From Gemmatimonadales bacterium (lineage in GTDB: Bacteria; Gemmatimonadota; Gemmatimonadetes; Gemmatimonadales; GWC2-71-9): 35,931 nucleotides of DNA. Numbering within the stretch: position 1 is the first letter of the stretch; each line of letters opens with the position of its first letter. Positions 16,474 through 26,131 of the stretch are shown piece after piece. The DNA lies in assembly GCA_030601605.1 (NCBI GenBank), contig JAUVTI010000003.1:1-35931 (forward strand), read 5' to 3'. Both the position numbers and the translations under genes were made by a program. The notes beneath the pieces were generated by a model. It was not told the DNA's origin, ran no database searches, and saw only the letters and a list, made by a program, of their open reading frames with translations.

Positions 16474-18930
16474 ATGACGCCGCAACTCAGCGACAACGCG
16501 GTCACGGTTCTCCGGCGCCGCTACCTGATCAAGAACGAGCAGGGCGAGGCAGACGAGCAGCCGGAGGATTTGTTCTGGCGCGTGGCCCGCACCATAGCGG
16601 CAGCCGATGCCACGTACGGCGCCAGCGCCGGCGCGGTGGAGGCCGTGGCGGAGACATTCTACGAGCTGATGGCCACCCGCGTGTGGATGCCCAACAGCCC
16701 GACCCTGATGAACGCCGGCCGCCCCCTCGGGCAGCTCTCCGCCTGCTTCGTGCTTCCCGTGGAGGACTCCCTCGCATCGGGTAAGGCGGGCATCTACGAC
16801 ACGCTGCGCAACATGGCGTTGGTGCACCAGTCGGGTGGGGGCACCGGGTTCGGGTTCTCGCGGCTGCGGCCCAGGAACGACATCGTGCGGTCCACGATGG
16901 GAGTGGCATCGGGGCCGGTGTCGTTCATGTCGCTTTACGACGCCTCCACCGACGTCGTGAAGCAGGGCGGCACCCGCCGCGGAGCCAACATGGGCATCCT
17001 GCGGGTGGACCACCCGGACATTCTCGAGTTCATCTCCTGCAAGGACGACACCAGCAAGATCACCAACTTCAACATCTCGGTGGCGGTCACCGACGCCTTC
17101 ATGAAGGCGGTGGAAGAGGGTGGGGAGTACGATCTCATTCACCCGCGGGGCGACAAGGTGGTCGGCCAGCTGGACGCGCGCGATGTGTTCGACAGGATCG
17201 TCCACGGCGCCTGGAAGACCGGCGAGCCGGGCGTGTTCTTCATCGACGAGGCCAACCGCTACAACCCGGTCCCGCACCTGGGCAGCTACGAGGCCACCAA
17301 TCCGTGTGGTGAGCAACCGCTGTTGCCGTACGACGTCTGCAATCTCGGCTCCGTCAACGTCGGGCTGTTCGTCAAGAACGGCGAGGTGGACTGGGACGGC
17401 CTGCGGCGCGCGGTGCACCTGTGCACGCACTTCCTCGACAACGTCATCGACGTGAACAAGTACCCGCTCTCCGAGATCACCGACCTGGCGAACCGCATCC
17501 GCCGCATCGGCCTCGGTATCATGGGTTGGGCCGACTTCCTGGTGCGGCTTGGTGTTCCCTACAACTCGGAGGACGCCACCGAGTGGGCGCACCGGCTGAT
17601 GAAGTTCGTGGACGAGGAATCCAAGGTAGAGAGCGAGCGTCTCGCGCAGGAGCGGGGCGTGTTCCCGGAGTGGGAGCGCAGCATCTGGGGGCCGGACGAG
17701 ACCTGCGCGCGTGACGCGCACGGGCAGCGTATCCGGCCGCTCAGGCGGCTGCGGCACTGCAATCTCACGACCGTGGCGCCCACCGGCACGAGCTCGATCA
17801 TTGCCGGGTGCTCCTCGGGCATCGAGCCGTTGTTTGCGGTGGCGTTCATGCGCAACCAGGCCGGCGTGCTGATGCCCGATGTCAACGAGGACTTCGTGGC
17901 GATCGCGAAGCGTGAGGGATGGTACTCGGAGGAGCTGGTCAAGCGCGTTGCCGAAGAGGGCCACATCGACTTCCCCGAGGTCCCGGAGCAGTGGCGCAAG
18001 GTGTTCATGACTGCGCACGACGTGACGCCCGCGTGGCACATCAGGATGCAGGCAGCGTTCCAGGACGCCACGGACAGCGCGATCAGCAAGACCTGCAATT
18101 TCCCGCATGCTGCCACTGAGAGCGACGTGCGCGAGATATATGAGCTCGCGTACGAGCTGCGCTGCAAGGGTGTGACGGTGTACCGTGACGGCAGCCGCGA
18201 GATGCAGGTCTTGTCGACCGGAAAGACCGCCAGGAAGGTGCAGGAGCAGGCCGGAGGCGAGAACGATGCTGCACGGATCGAGCTGGCCGAGCTCAAGGCG
18301 ACCATCGCCGAGCTCGAGGCCGAGTTGGACCTCACGCGGAAGAACCTGCACGAGGCGGAGGCAGAGAACCTGCAGCGGCGCGCCAAGCGGTCGCGGCCGG
18401 AGATGCTGCGCGGCACCACGCGGCGGCTCGAGACCCCTCTGGGTACGCTCTACGTCACCATCACCGAGGATGACCTGGGGCAGCCGTTCGAGATCTTCAT
18501 GAGCCTGGGCAAGGCCGGGGGAGCCCTGATGGCCGACGTGGAGGCGATGGGCCGGCTGATCTCTCTGGCGCTGCGCTCGGGGATCCCGATCTCCGGAGTC
18601 TACCGGCAGTTGCGTGGCATTTCGTCCGACCGTGCGGTCGGGCTCGGGCCGAGCAAGGTTCTGTCGGTCCCGGACGCCATCGGCATCGCGATCGAGCGGT
18701 GGATGCAGGAGAAGCAGGGAGTACAGCAGGACCTGCTGGACCGCGAGGTGAGCGACGTGACCGCCTCGGCGCAGCGCGGGCCGGTGGCCGGTCTGGAAGG
18801 AACGATGTTCGAGATCCACAACAACGACGCGCAACAGATGCCCGGGGCGTGCCCCGACTGCGGTTCGCAGCTGGAGTTCGCCGAGGGTTGCGTCAAGTGC
18901 CACGTGTGCGGCTACAGCGAGTGCGGCTGA
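16474..18930 (+). CDS. nrdJ: Class II (adenosylcobalamin-dependent) ribonucleotide reductase with fused TSCPD-like domain and C-terminal Cys cluster
   Basis: PNSPTLMNAG, QLSACFVL, GGTRRGANMG, ATNPCGEQPL, CNLGS, VAPTGT, ISKTCN, KGVTVYRDGSR, LSVPDAI, CPDC..EGCVKCHVCGYSEC. No ATP cone and no intein. Start uncertain (16444 or 16474). Confidence 0.93.
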   Translation: MTPQLSDNAVTVLRRRYLIKNEQGEADEQPEDLFWRVARTIAAADATYGASAGAVEAVAETFYELMATRVWMPNSPTLMNAGRPLGQLSACFVLPVEDSLASGKAGIYDTLRNMALVHQSGGGTGFGFSRLRPRNDIVRSTMGVASGPVSFMSLYDASTDVVKQGGTRRGANMGILRVDHPDILEFISCKDDTSKITNFNISVAVTDAFMKAVEEGGEYDLIHPRGDKVVGQLDARDVFDRIVHGAWKTGEPGVFFIDEANRYNPVPHLGSYEATNPCGEQPLLPYDVCNLGSVNVGLFVKNGEVDWDGLRRAVHLCTHFLDNVIDVNKYPLSEITDLANRIRRIGLGIMGWADFLVRLGVPYNSEDATEWAHRLMKFVDEESKVESERLAQERGVFPEWERSIWGPDETCARDAHGQRIRPLRRLRHCNLTTVAPTGTSSIIAGCSSGIEPLFAVAFMRNQAGVLMPDVNEDFVAIAKREGWYSEELVKRVAEEGHIDFPEVPEQWRKVFMTAHDVTPAWHIRMQAAFQDATDSAISKTCNFPHAATESDVREIYELAYELRCKGVTVYRDGSREMQVLSTGKTARKVQEQAGGENDAARIELAELKATIAELEAELDLTRKNLHEAEAENLQRRAKRSRPEMLRGTTRRLETPLGTLYVTITEDDLGQPFEIFMSLGKAGGALMADVEAMGRLISLALRSGIPISGVYRQLRGISSDRAVGLGPSKVLSVPDAIGIAIERWMQEKQGVQQDLLDREVSDVTASAQRGPVAGLEGTMFEIHNNDAQQMPGACPDCGSQLEFAEGCVKCHVCGYSECG

Positions 18931-18970
18931 GGAAGCCGATCCGGCGAGACCGACGCGGGCGGATGGATGA

Positions 18971-18996
18971 GGGGGCGCGGGGACGCGCCCCCTTTT
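18971..18996 (+). terminator. Intrinsic terminator after nrdJ
   Basis: GGGGGCGCG-GGGA-CGCGCCCCC, a 9-bp stem with a GNRA loop, followed by TTTT. Confidence 0.8.
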
Positions 18997-19054
18997 CGTT
19001 GTGGGAGCCCTGCTGGTATCTTGGTCGGGACACCAGCTCGGATCTGGATTCGAC

Positions 19055-19240
19055 ATGTTGACACGCCTCACCCGCTACGTTCACACTCTGCGCAGCGAGC
19101 GCCGCAGCCTCGGCTGGCGCGGACTCGTGCGCAAGCGCGGATGGGCGCTGGTTCTGCTGGTGGTGGCGTTCTATCTGGTTCGGGACCTCGTGCTCTATGT
19201 GGCGATCCCGCTGGCAGTGGTGATGGGCTTGTCGCGTTGA
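19055..19240 (+). CDS. Small (61 aa) hypothetical membrane protein
   Basis: Basic N-terminus followed by the hydrophobic GWALVLLVVAFYLVRDLVLYVAIPLAVV. Fills the gap after the terminator, with TGgTATCTT (extended -10-like) upstream. Confidence 0.6.
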   Translation: MLTRLTRYVHTLRSERRSLGWRGLVRKRGWALVLLVVAFYLVRDLVLYVAIPLAVVMGLSR

Positions 19241-19257
19241 TGGTGGGAGGAGCGATC

Positions 19258-19623
19258 ATGGCTGCGAAGAAGTGGGCGCGGGTGAAACGGTCTGGAGCCC
19301 ACGGGCTACGGCGGGGAGCGTGGTACCCGGTCGTGAACGACAAGAAGCCCGATCTCGTCTTCGTGGACGTCCACACGCGGAACGTGCCGGTATCGCGGGA
19401 GCTGGTCGAGCTCGCGCAAGGCGCGCCGGAGCGTTGGAGCGTCGTGATGTGGCAAGAGCAGGAGAATGGAGCGGGGCGCGCGAGCGACTCGGACTACGGC
19501 AAGATGTACGGGGTATGTCCCAACTGCCGCTCGCGGCAGAAGTTCTCTCCGCCGGGCGTGGCCGAGATGGAGTGCCCGGAGTGTGGAGGGAATTTCAAGG
19601 TGGATTGGGAGAACCCCTGTTGA
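19258..19623 (+). CDS. Hypothetical protein with C-terminal zinc ribbon
   Basis: GGAGGAG SD; C-terminal CPNC..CPEC; its stop overlaps the next start (TTGA). Confidence 0.75.
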   Translation: MAAKKWARVKRSGAHGLRRGAWYPVVNDKKPDLVFVDVHTRNVPVSRELVELAQGAPERWSVVMWQEQENGAGRASDSDYGKMYGVCPNCRSRQKFSPPGVAEMECPECGGNFKVDWENPC

Positions 19624-20789
19624 ACTCTCAGCCAATATTCACCGACCTCGTCGGCGTGATGACCGTGATCATCATGATCCCGGTCTTTTTCTTGTGGCTG
19701 GAGCGGACCACCCGCTGGAAGGTCTTCGAGTTCCTGCCGGCGATCGTCTGGATCTTCATCGCGCCCATCATCCTGTCCAACCTCAACGTCATCCCGAGGT
19801 CGTCGTCCATTTACACGACGTTCCGGTCGTTCGCGGTGCCGATGTTCATCGTGCTCATGCTGCTGGACATCGACATCCGCCAGGCGATGCGCGTGGCGTG
19901 GCGGGGCGCTGCGGTGATGGTCATGGGGGCGTTCGGGATCGTAATCGGGGCCGTCGTCGCGTTCGCCATGTTCCGCAGCGGGATGCCCGAGGGCACGTGG
20001 ATGGGCTTCGGGGCCCTCGCCGGGAGCTGGATCGGCGGCACCGGCAACCTCGCGGCCGTGGCCGACAGCCTGAACACGCCGGGCGAGATGGTCGGGATGG
20101 TCGTCCTGGTGGACAACATCGTCTACGTGCTCTACTTCCCGCTCATCCTCACCTGCAAGCGCTGGGCGAAGCAGTTCAACCGGTTCACGGGTGTTTCCGA
20201 AGAGGCGGTCGCGCACTTCGGTGATGCGGCGAAGGAGGTCGAGAAGAAGACACACGAAGTGCACTTCCGCGACGCGCTCACGCTGCTGGGCTTTGGGTTC
20301 GCCGCCATTCTCGCCGCAACCCAGCTCGCGCGCCTCTTTCCCGAGATCCAGCCGGTGTTCACGGAGCGCACCTGGGCAATCCTGCTGGTGACCACGATCG
20401 GTATCGCGATGTCGGCCACAAAACTCAAGGACGTGCCGGGGACCGAGCCGATCTCGATGACCTTCGTCTACATCTATATGACGATGATGGGTGCCCAGGC
20501 GGACCTGAGGAGCCTGGGCGGCGCGCAGTGGTTCATCATCGCGGGCTTCATCTGCATCGCGGTCCACTTCGTGTTCATCATCGCCGGCGCCAAGCTGTTC
20601 CGCATCGACGTGAGCATGGCGGCGGTCGCGAGCGTCTCGTCGGTGGGCGGCGCGGCGTCGGCGCCCGTGGCCGCCGGCTTCCACCGTGAGGAGCTGGTTC
20701 CGATCTCCATCATGCTGGCATTGATCGGGTACGCGCTGGGGAACTACCTGGGAGTCGCGACGGCCTATCTGTGCCAGCTGCTGGTGTGA
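19620..20789 (+). CDS. DUF819-family multi-pass membrane protein
   Basis: About 10 hydrophobic segments with [24 protein letters not shown] and [10 protein letters not shown]. Start TTG 19620 overlaps the upstream stop. Confidence 0.85.
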   Translation: MNSQPIFTDLVGVMTVIIMIPVFFLWLERTTRWKVFEFLPAIVWIFIAPIILSNLNVIPRSSSIYTTFRSFAVPMFIVLMLLDIDIRQAMRVAWRGAAVMVMGAFGIVIGAVVAFAMFRSGMPEGTWMGFGALAGSWIGGTGNLAAVADSLNTPGEMVGMVVLVDNIVYVLYFPLILTCKRWAKQFNRFTGVSEEAVAHFGDAAKEVEKKTHEVHFRDALTLLGFGFAAILAATQLARLFPEIQPVFTERTWAILLVTTIGIAMSATKLKDVPGTEPISMTFVYIYMTMMGAQADLRSLGGAQWFIIAGFICIAVHFVFIIAGAKLFRIDVSMAAVASVSSVGGAASAPVAAGFHREELVPISIMLALIGYALGNYLGVATAYLCQLLV

Positions 20790-20795
20790 GAGAAC

Positions 20796-20844
20796 CGGGA
20801 AACGGGAAACGGGAAGCGGGAGGGGGGAAGGGGGAACGGGGATG
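20796..20844 (+). repeat. Seven tandem degenerate heptamers (consensus SGGGAAN)
   Basis: CGGGAAA CGGGAAA CGGGAAG CGGGAGG GGGGAAG GGGGAAC GGGGATG, starting just after the DUF819 stop. Confidence 0.85.
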
Positions 20845-20898
20845 CGGCAGCGCGGCCGGCATCTCGCCGCTCCGGGTCTCTCGCCTATATTTCGCCCC

Positions 20899-22131
20899 AT
20901 GTCTGAAGTCACCCGCCGCCACACCGTAACGACCTGGGTCGGGGATGTGCCCGTGGGGTCCTGCCACCCCATCGTGGTGCAGTCCATGACGAACACCGAC
21001 ACGGCCGACGTGGCCGCTACGGTGGAGCAGGTCGCTGCGCTCGCGCAGGCTGGGAGCGAGCTGGTGCGTGTAACGGTGAACAACGAGCCCGCCGCCCGGG
21101 CGGTGCCGGAGATCGTCAGGCAGCTGCGCGACCAGGGTGTCACCGTTCCCGTCATCGGCGACTTCCACTACAACGGGCACATCCTGCTGCCCAAGTACCC
21201 CGACATGGCGACGGCTCTCGCCAAATACCGCGTCAACCCTGGCAACGTGGGTGCCAGGCGGCGCGACGAGCACTTCAAGCGGATCCTCGAAGTGGCGGTC
21301 GCCAGCGACAAGCCGATCCGCATCGGCGTGAACTGGGGCTCGCTCGACCAGAACCTGCTGACGGAGTTGATGGACGAGAACGCCTTGCGCGACGAGCCGC
21401 TGGATGCGCGGGAGGTCACGCTCAACGCGATGGTGGAGAGCGCGATGCGCTCGGCTGCGTTCGCCGAAGAGGTCGGCCTGGCGCACGACCGCGTCATCCT
21501 CTCGGTCAAGATGTCGCAGGTGCAGGACTTGGTGGACGTCTACCGCAAGCTCGCCCCGCTGTCGGACCACCCGCTGCACCTGGGGCTCACCGAGGCCGGG
21601 ATGGGGGCTAAGGGGATCGTCGGGAGCGCAGCCGGCCTGGCGATACTCCTCCACGAAGGGATCGGCGACACGATCCGCGTCTCCCTCACTCCGGCCCCGG
21701 GAGGCGATCGCACCGAAGAGGTGCGCGTGGCGCAGCAGATCCTCCAGGCGATGGAGCTGAGGAGTTTCCTGCCGCAGGTTACGGCCTGTCCCGGCTGCGG
21801 CCGCACGACCAGCACGTTCTTCCAGGAGATGGCCGAGCAGATCCAGGACTACCTGCGCGAGCAGATGCCGGTATGGAAGCAGGCGCACCCCGGCGTGGAG
21901 GAGATGCGGGTCGCCGTGATGGGATGCGTGGTGAACGGGCCCGGCGAGTCCAAGCACGCCAATATCGGGATCTCGCTGCCCGGCACCTCCGAGGAGCCCA
22001 GGGCGCCGGTCTACGTGGACGGCAAGCTCGACGTGACGCTCAAGGGCGAGCGCATCGTCGAGGAGTTCCTGGAGATCCTCAACGGCTACGTGACACGCAC
22101 TTACTCCGCGCGGACCACCGCCCGGGAGTGA
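20899..22131 (+). CDS. ispG: (E)-4-hydroxy-3-methylbut-2-enyl-diphosphate synthase
   Basis: [58 protein letters not shown], and the 4Fe-4S ligands ACPGCGRT and [12 protein letters not shown]. Start set at ATG 20899. Confidence 0.97.
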   Translation: MSEVTRRHTVTTWVGDVPVGSCHPIVVQSMTNTDTADVAATVEQVAALAQAGSELVRVTVNNEPAARAVPEIVRQLRDQGVTVPVIGDFHYNGHILLPKYPDMATALAKYRVNPGNVGARRRDEHFKRILEVAVASDKPIRIGVNWGSLDQNLLTELMDENALRDEPLDAREVTLNAMVESAMRSAAFAEEVGLAHDRVILSVKMSQVQDLVDVYRKLAPLSDHPLHLGLTEAGMGAKGIVGSAAGLAILLHEGIGDTIRVSLTPAPGGDRTEEVRVAQQILQAMELRSFLPQVTACPGCGRTTSTFFQEMAEQIQDYLREQMPVWKQAHPGVEEMRVAVMGCVVNGPGESKHANIGISLPGTSEEPRAPVYVDGKLDVTLKGERIVEEFLEILNGYVTRTYSARTTARE

Positions 22132-22215
22132 GGATTCGCAACCAGCGCGATCCCTCTGGTGTAGACACGGGTTGAACAACTCGGGGCAGGGCAGTCGTCA
22201 ATCGGGAGGAGACGG

Positions 22216-24993
22216 ATGCTGGGTGGGGGGACTCCAGGGCGGCGTGCGCTCACACTAGCTGGCTTTGCTCTCGTCCTTTGGCCCGCCGGCCTCGCTGCCC
22301 AGCTGGGCGGCGCGGTGGCCGGTACGGTAACGGACGCCGTGAGCGGAGCGCCGATCGCTGGCGCACAGGTGGAGGTTGGCCGCGGCCTGCACGGTGCGGT
22401 CACCGACGCCCAGGGCCGCTACCGCGTGCGGGAGATCCGCCCCGGCACCTATCGGGTTACGGTTCGCGCCGTGGGTTATCGGCCGCTGACGCAGGACAGC
22501 GTGCAGGTCGTCGGCGGCCGCTCGGTGATGCTCGACGTGCAGCTGGCCCCCGAAGCCGTGGAGCTGCCGGGCGTCGCGGTCGCGGGCAAGCCGGATCCGC
22601 TGCTCGATCCCCGCATGGCCGCCACCGTGCAGCAGGTCACCATGGCCGATCTGCGCGACCTCCCGCTCACCAGTCTGGAAGACGCCATAGCCATCAAGGC
22701 CGGAGTCGTGGAGGCCTCCTTCCGGGGTGGGCGTGTGGGGCAGGATGTGCTCGTCGTGGACGGCATGACCGTGAAGAACCAGCTGGACGCCGCCAACGGT
22801 CCCACCGGACTGGCCATTCCGCCGATCGCGATCCTGGAAGCAACGCTCGTGACCGACGGATTCTCCGCGCAGTACGGACAGGCCCTGTCCGGGATGGTGC
22901 TGGCGGCGACTCGGGAAGGCGGCGACCGACTCGAGGGCACGCTGGCCATCGAGACCGACCGTCCGCTGGGCCGCGGGTCGGACTACGGACTCGACCGGAT
23001 CGTGGCTGCGCTGGGCGGGCCGTTGTTCGGGGGGCTCAGGTTCTTCGCGGCGGTCGACGTCAGCGGACGGCTTGACCACGATCCGGTGAACGCCCCGTCC
23101 CCGGTGGACACGCTGGACCCGCGCAGCGAACAGCCGTGGGTGCTTCCCAACAACGCCGGGGAGCGCTACGACCTGTTCGGGAAGCTCACGATTCCGCTTG
23201 GAGCCCGGCAGACGCTGCGCGTGCAGGGCATTGCGTCCCAGGTGCAGCGGCAGCTGTTCGATCCCGTGCTCAAGTACGAGCCGGGGGGCGGTTCAGCGGA
23301 GCGCGTTACGGCCGGACATGCGATGGCGCACCTGCGGCACGCCTCCCGGCCGGACGCCGCGACGACCACGGTAATCGACCTCAGGGTCGCCTACTTCGAC
23401 AAGGAGGCGATCCGGGCGCCGCTCCTCGCTCCACCCGACTTCGCGTACGGCGCCCTCACCTTCCAGAGATGGGACTTCGCGGGTGAGGAGATCGCCAGCG
23501 CGCGTGACACTGCCCGGGCCCAGGGGCCGATCCCCGGCTTCCGGACGCCGCGCCTCGCCGAGCTCACTCCGTGGGGAGTGCCGGCGTTCTTCATGACCGA
23601 CTCGCCGCGCGGCGAGTTGGCATGGAATCGTTTCAGGGAGGGCCGCGCGCGGCTCGACGTCCTGTTCGGTCCCCACCGCAACACGGACATCCGCTTCGGC
23701 GGCGAGTACGTGAACCAGCGTGTCGAGACGTTCACGCGGCTGGAAGCGTACCGCCCGGTCGCGGTGGGGGCGCCCGCTCCGGTGACCTCCGAGTTCTCAC
23801 CGTTCCAGGCGGCCGGCTACACCGAATTCACTCAGCGGCTCAAGGACGTCGCGCTCACCGGAGGCCTGCGCGTGGACGCGTTCAACCCGCGCAGCGGGAT
23901 CGAGGTACGGGGATCGGGCACTGAGGTTGCGTGGAGCCCGCGGTTCGCCTTCTCGACGATGCTGCCGGGCGCGCTCGTGGTGGCCAACTGGGGGCACTTC
24001 GCGCAGCCGCCCGACTACCAGTACCTGACCGACGCCGCGTTCGACGACACGCTGCGCACGGGCCGGTTCCGTCAGGGGAACCCCGCGCTGGGGTTCGAGA
24101 GCGCCAGCCAGTTCCAGCTGCAGGTGCGGATGCGCCCCTCGGTAAACACGGGCTTGCGCATCAGCGTGTACGTGCGCCGGCTGGACGGACTCATCGCCTC
24201 GGTGCCACTGGGAGTGGATGTGGACAGCTCGGTTTTCGGGAACGCCGACTACGGCGACGTGCGCGGCGCGGAGTTCGCACTGGAGCGCGACTTCGTGGGC
24301 GGTTGGGGGGCGAGCCTCACGTACGTGCTGCAGAAGGCCCAGGCCACGGCCACGAATGCGACGGACTTCTACCGCCAGCTGAGGATCACGCCGACAGGGG
24401 ACACCGTCCTGCCCGGTGCGGTCACTTTCCCGCTCGACTACGACCGGCGCCACGCGCTCATCGCTACGGCGCGCGGCCGGATCCCGGAGAGCGTGGGTCC
24501 GATGCTGGGGGGATTCGAGGGCGGCATGGTGTTCCGCTGGGGGAGCGGGCTGCCGTACTCCCGAACGTCGATAGGCGGTGACTCCCTCATAGACCTGCCC
24601 AACTCGGAGCGGCTGCCGTCGCAGTGGGCCCTGGACCTCCTGATCCGAAGGGGCCTGCGAATCGGTGGGGCGCGGCTCGGATTCTACGTGGACGTACGCA
24701 ACGTGACCAATCGGCAGAACGTCGTGGCGGTGCGGCGCGAGTCGGGCACTCCCTGGGCCGGCGAGCCGCAGATCGAGGCGGCGGCCGAGGCTGCCTTCCA
24801 GGACAACGGCACGCCCATCCCCTACGAGTCGCCGCGCTACCGCAGGTTCGCTGACACGAACGGGGACGGATTGATCGCGGGCGAGGAGGAGCTCATGCCG
24901 CTGTACCGGGGGGCGGCGCGAGACTTCCTGCAGCCGATCTTCGCCTACGGAGCGCCCCGTCTGTTCCGGTTGGGCGTGGAGGTCTCGTTTTGA
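22216..24993 (+). CDS. TonB-dependent outer-membrane receptor with N-terminal carboxypeptidase-regulatory-like domain
   Basis: Signal peptide; GTVTDAVSGAPIAGAQV..TDAQGRY..PGTYRVTVRAVGY; plug-like FRGGR..VVDG..GFSAQYGQALSG; amphipathic beta strands; C-terminal PRLFRLGVEVSF with terminal Phe. Confidence 0.88.
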   Translation: MLGGGTPGRRALTLAGFALVLWPAGLAAQLGGAVAGTVTDAVSGAPIAGAQVEVGRGLHGAVTDAQGRYRVREIRPGTYRVTVRAVGYRPLTQDSVQVVGGRSVMLDVQLAPEAVELPGVAVAGKPDPLLDPRMAATVQQVTMADLRDLPLTSLEDAIAIKAGVVEASFRGGRVGQDVLVVDGMTVKNQLDAANGPTGLAIPPIAILEATLVTDGFSAQYGQALSGMVLAATREGGDRLEGTLAIETDRPLGRGSDYGLDRIVAALGGPLFGGLRFFAAVDVSGRLDHDPVNAPSPVDTLDPRSEQPWVLPNNAGERYDLFGKLTIPLGARQTLRVQGIASQVQRQLFDPVLKYEPGGGSAERVTAGHAMAHLRHASRPDAATTTVIDLRVAYFDKEAIRAPLLAPPDFAYGALTFQRWDFAGEEIASARDTARAQGPIPGFRTPRLAELTPWGVPAFFMTDSPRGELAWNRFREGRARLDVLFGPHRNTDIRFGGEYVNQRVETFTRLEAYRPVAVGAPAPVTSEFSPFQAAGYTEFTQRLKDVALTGGLRVDAFNPRSGIEVRGSGTEVAWSPRFAFSTMLPGALVVANWGHFAQPPDYQYLTDAAFDDTLRTGRFRQGNPALGFESASQFQLQVRMRPSVNTGLRISVYVRRLDGLIASVPLGVDVDSSVFGNADYGDVRGAEFALERDFVGGWGASLTYVLQKAQATATNATDFYRQLRITPTGDTVLPGAVTFPLDYDRRHALIATARGRIPESVGPMLGGFEGGMVFRWGSGLPYSRTSIGGDSLIDLPNSERLPSQWALDLLIRRGLRIGGARLGFYVDVRNVTNRQNVVAVRRESGTPWAGEPQIEAAAEAAFQDNGTPIPYESPRYRRFADTNGDGLIAGEEELMPLYRGAARDFLQPIFAYGAPRLFRLGVEVSF

Positions 24994-26072
24994 GGTCCCC
25001 CGCCTGGCTGTTCGCGGCGGGACTGGCTCTGCTCTCGGCGGCCTGTGAGCACACGACGCCGCTCGAGTACGAGCCGCCGGAGGCGCTCCCTCCCGCGAGC
25101 GACGCTCTCCCGCGCCGTCTGACCTTCAATCCGGGAGACGACCGCAACCCCTCGGTGTCCGGAGGGGTGCTGGCGTTCAGCCGGTTCGAGCTGGGCGATG
25201 AGCGCTCCGTTCCGGGTGGGTTCGAGGTCGCGGAGCGGTGCATCGCGCTGCTGCCTTACGAGGGAGGCACTATCTCGGCGCGGTACTGTCCGTCCCCGTT
25301 CGCCGTCCCCGAGGACTCCGTAGTGACCTGGGTGGAGCCGGTTCTGTCTCCCGACGGAGCGCGGATCGCCTACCTGTGGGAGAAGAGCCATCTGCACGAC
25401 GTGCGCACCCCAAAGCGCGAGTTGAGGGTGGCGCCGGCCGAGAGCCCGGAGGAAGCCGAAGTGAGTTGGAGTGCACTGTGGACGATGCCCGACGGACGGC
25501 GACCGACCACGGTCATCAAGCCCTCCTGGACGGGCGCCGACCACCTCCGCTTCCTGGCCGGACTGGACAGCGTCTTCAAGGTGAAGGGCGGCGGCTCCAC
25601 GCGGGCCACCGACACGATCACCGTTGCCTACGCCCTCGTTGACCTCGACCTCACCACGCTCGAAGCCACGGTCGTGCCGGGTGCGGACTCGGCGATTGCG
25701 TACGCGCCGGCGCCGGACGGTGGGGCGTGGATCGTGCAGCGCTCCGATTCCACGCGGCTCTTTCACCTGCCGCCGGGCTCTGCCACGCCGCAGGAGATCG
25801 GCTCCTTCTCGGCGCCCGTGTACGACTTGGCCAACGTCGACGGGGTTCCCGTGGCAGGCATCGCCGGCAGCACCGTGGAGGCGCTGGACCTCGCCACGGG
25901 CATCAGCAATACGGTCGGCATTCTGGGCGGGCAGGTCAGGCGTGTGGCGGTCGTGCCCGGCACGCGGCGGTACGTGGCCGAGGTGGAAGTCTTCACTGAG
26001 ACCTTCACAGGTCCGGGAGGGGTAACCCTCCAGGCGGGCTCGGCCAACCTCTGGCTGCTGGAGCTTCCGTAG
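24990..26072 (+). CDS. Hypothetical lipoprotein, possible beta-propeller (TolB/PD40-like repeats)
   Basis: Lipobox LSAAC; RRLTFNPGDDRNPS and PVLSPDGARIAY resemble PD40 repeats; TTGA-coupled to the receptor gene. Confidence 0.7.
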   Translation: MRSPAWLFAAGLALLSAACEHTTPLEYEPPEALPPASDALPRRLTFNPGDDRNPSVSGGVLAFSRFELGDERSVPGGFEVAERCIALLPYEGGTISARYCPSPFAVPEDSVVTWVEPVLSPDGARIAYLWEKSHLHDVRTPKRELRVAPAESPEEAEVSWSALWTMPDGRRPTTVIKPSWTGADHLRFLAGLDSVFKVKGGGSTRATDTITVAYALVDLDLTTLEATVVPGADSAIAYAPAPDGGAWIVQRSDSTRLFHLPPGSATPQEIGSFSAPVYDLANVDGVPVAGIAGSTVEALDLATGISNTVGILGGQVRRVAVVPGTRRYVAEVEVFTETFTGPGGVTLQAGSANLWLLELP

Positions 26073-26131
26073 CGGCGATAGCGATCCACACGCATGTTGA
26101 GACTCCATGTGGACACATTGTGGGGACGTTG

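Noticed and set aside
16474-18930. Intein or intron in the ribonucleotide reductase
   Set aside because: Catalytic motifs such as NPCGEQ are contiguous and the length is normal, with no splicing or endonuclease motifs.
22132-22215. ECF-like promoter or Fur box upstream of the TonB-dependent receptor
   Set aside because: The AAC..CGTC spacing is ambiguous and there is no AT-rich Fur-type palindrome.
26073-26131. Small palindromes upstream of cobB (TCCACA..TGTGGA; ATGTG-GA-CACAT)
   Set aside because: Too short, and seen only once, so an operator call is unsupported.
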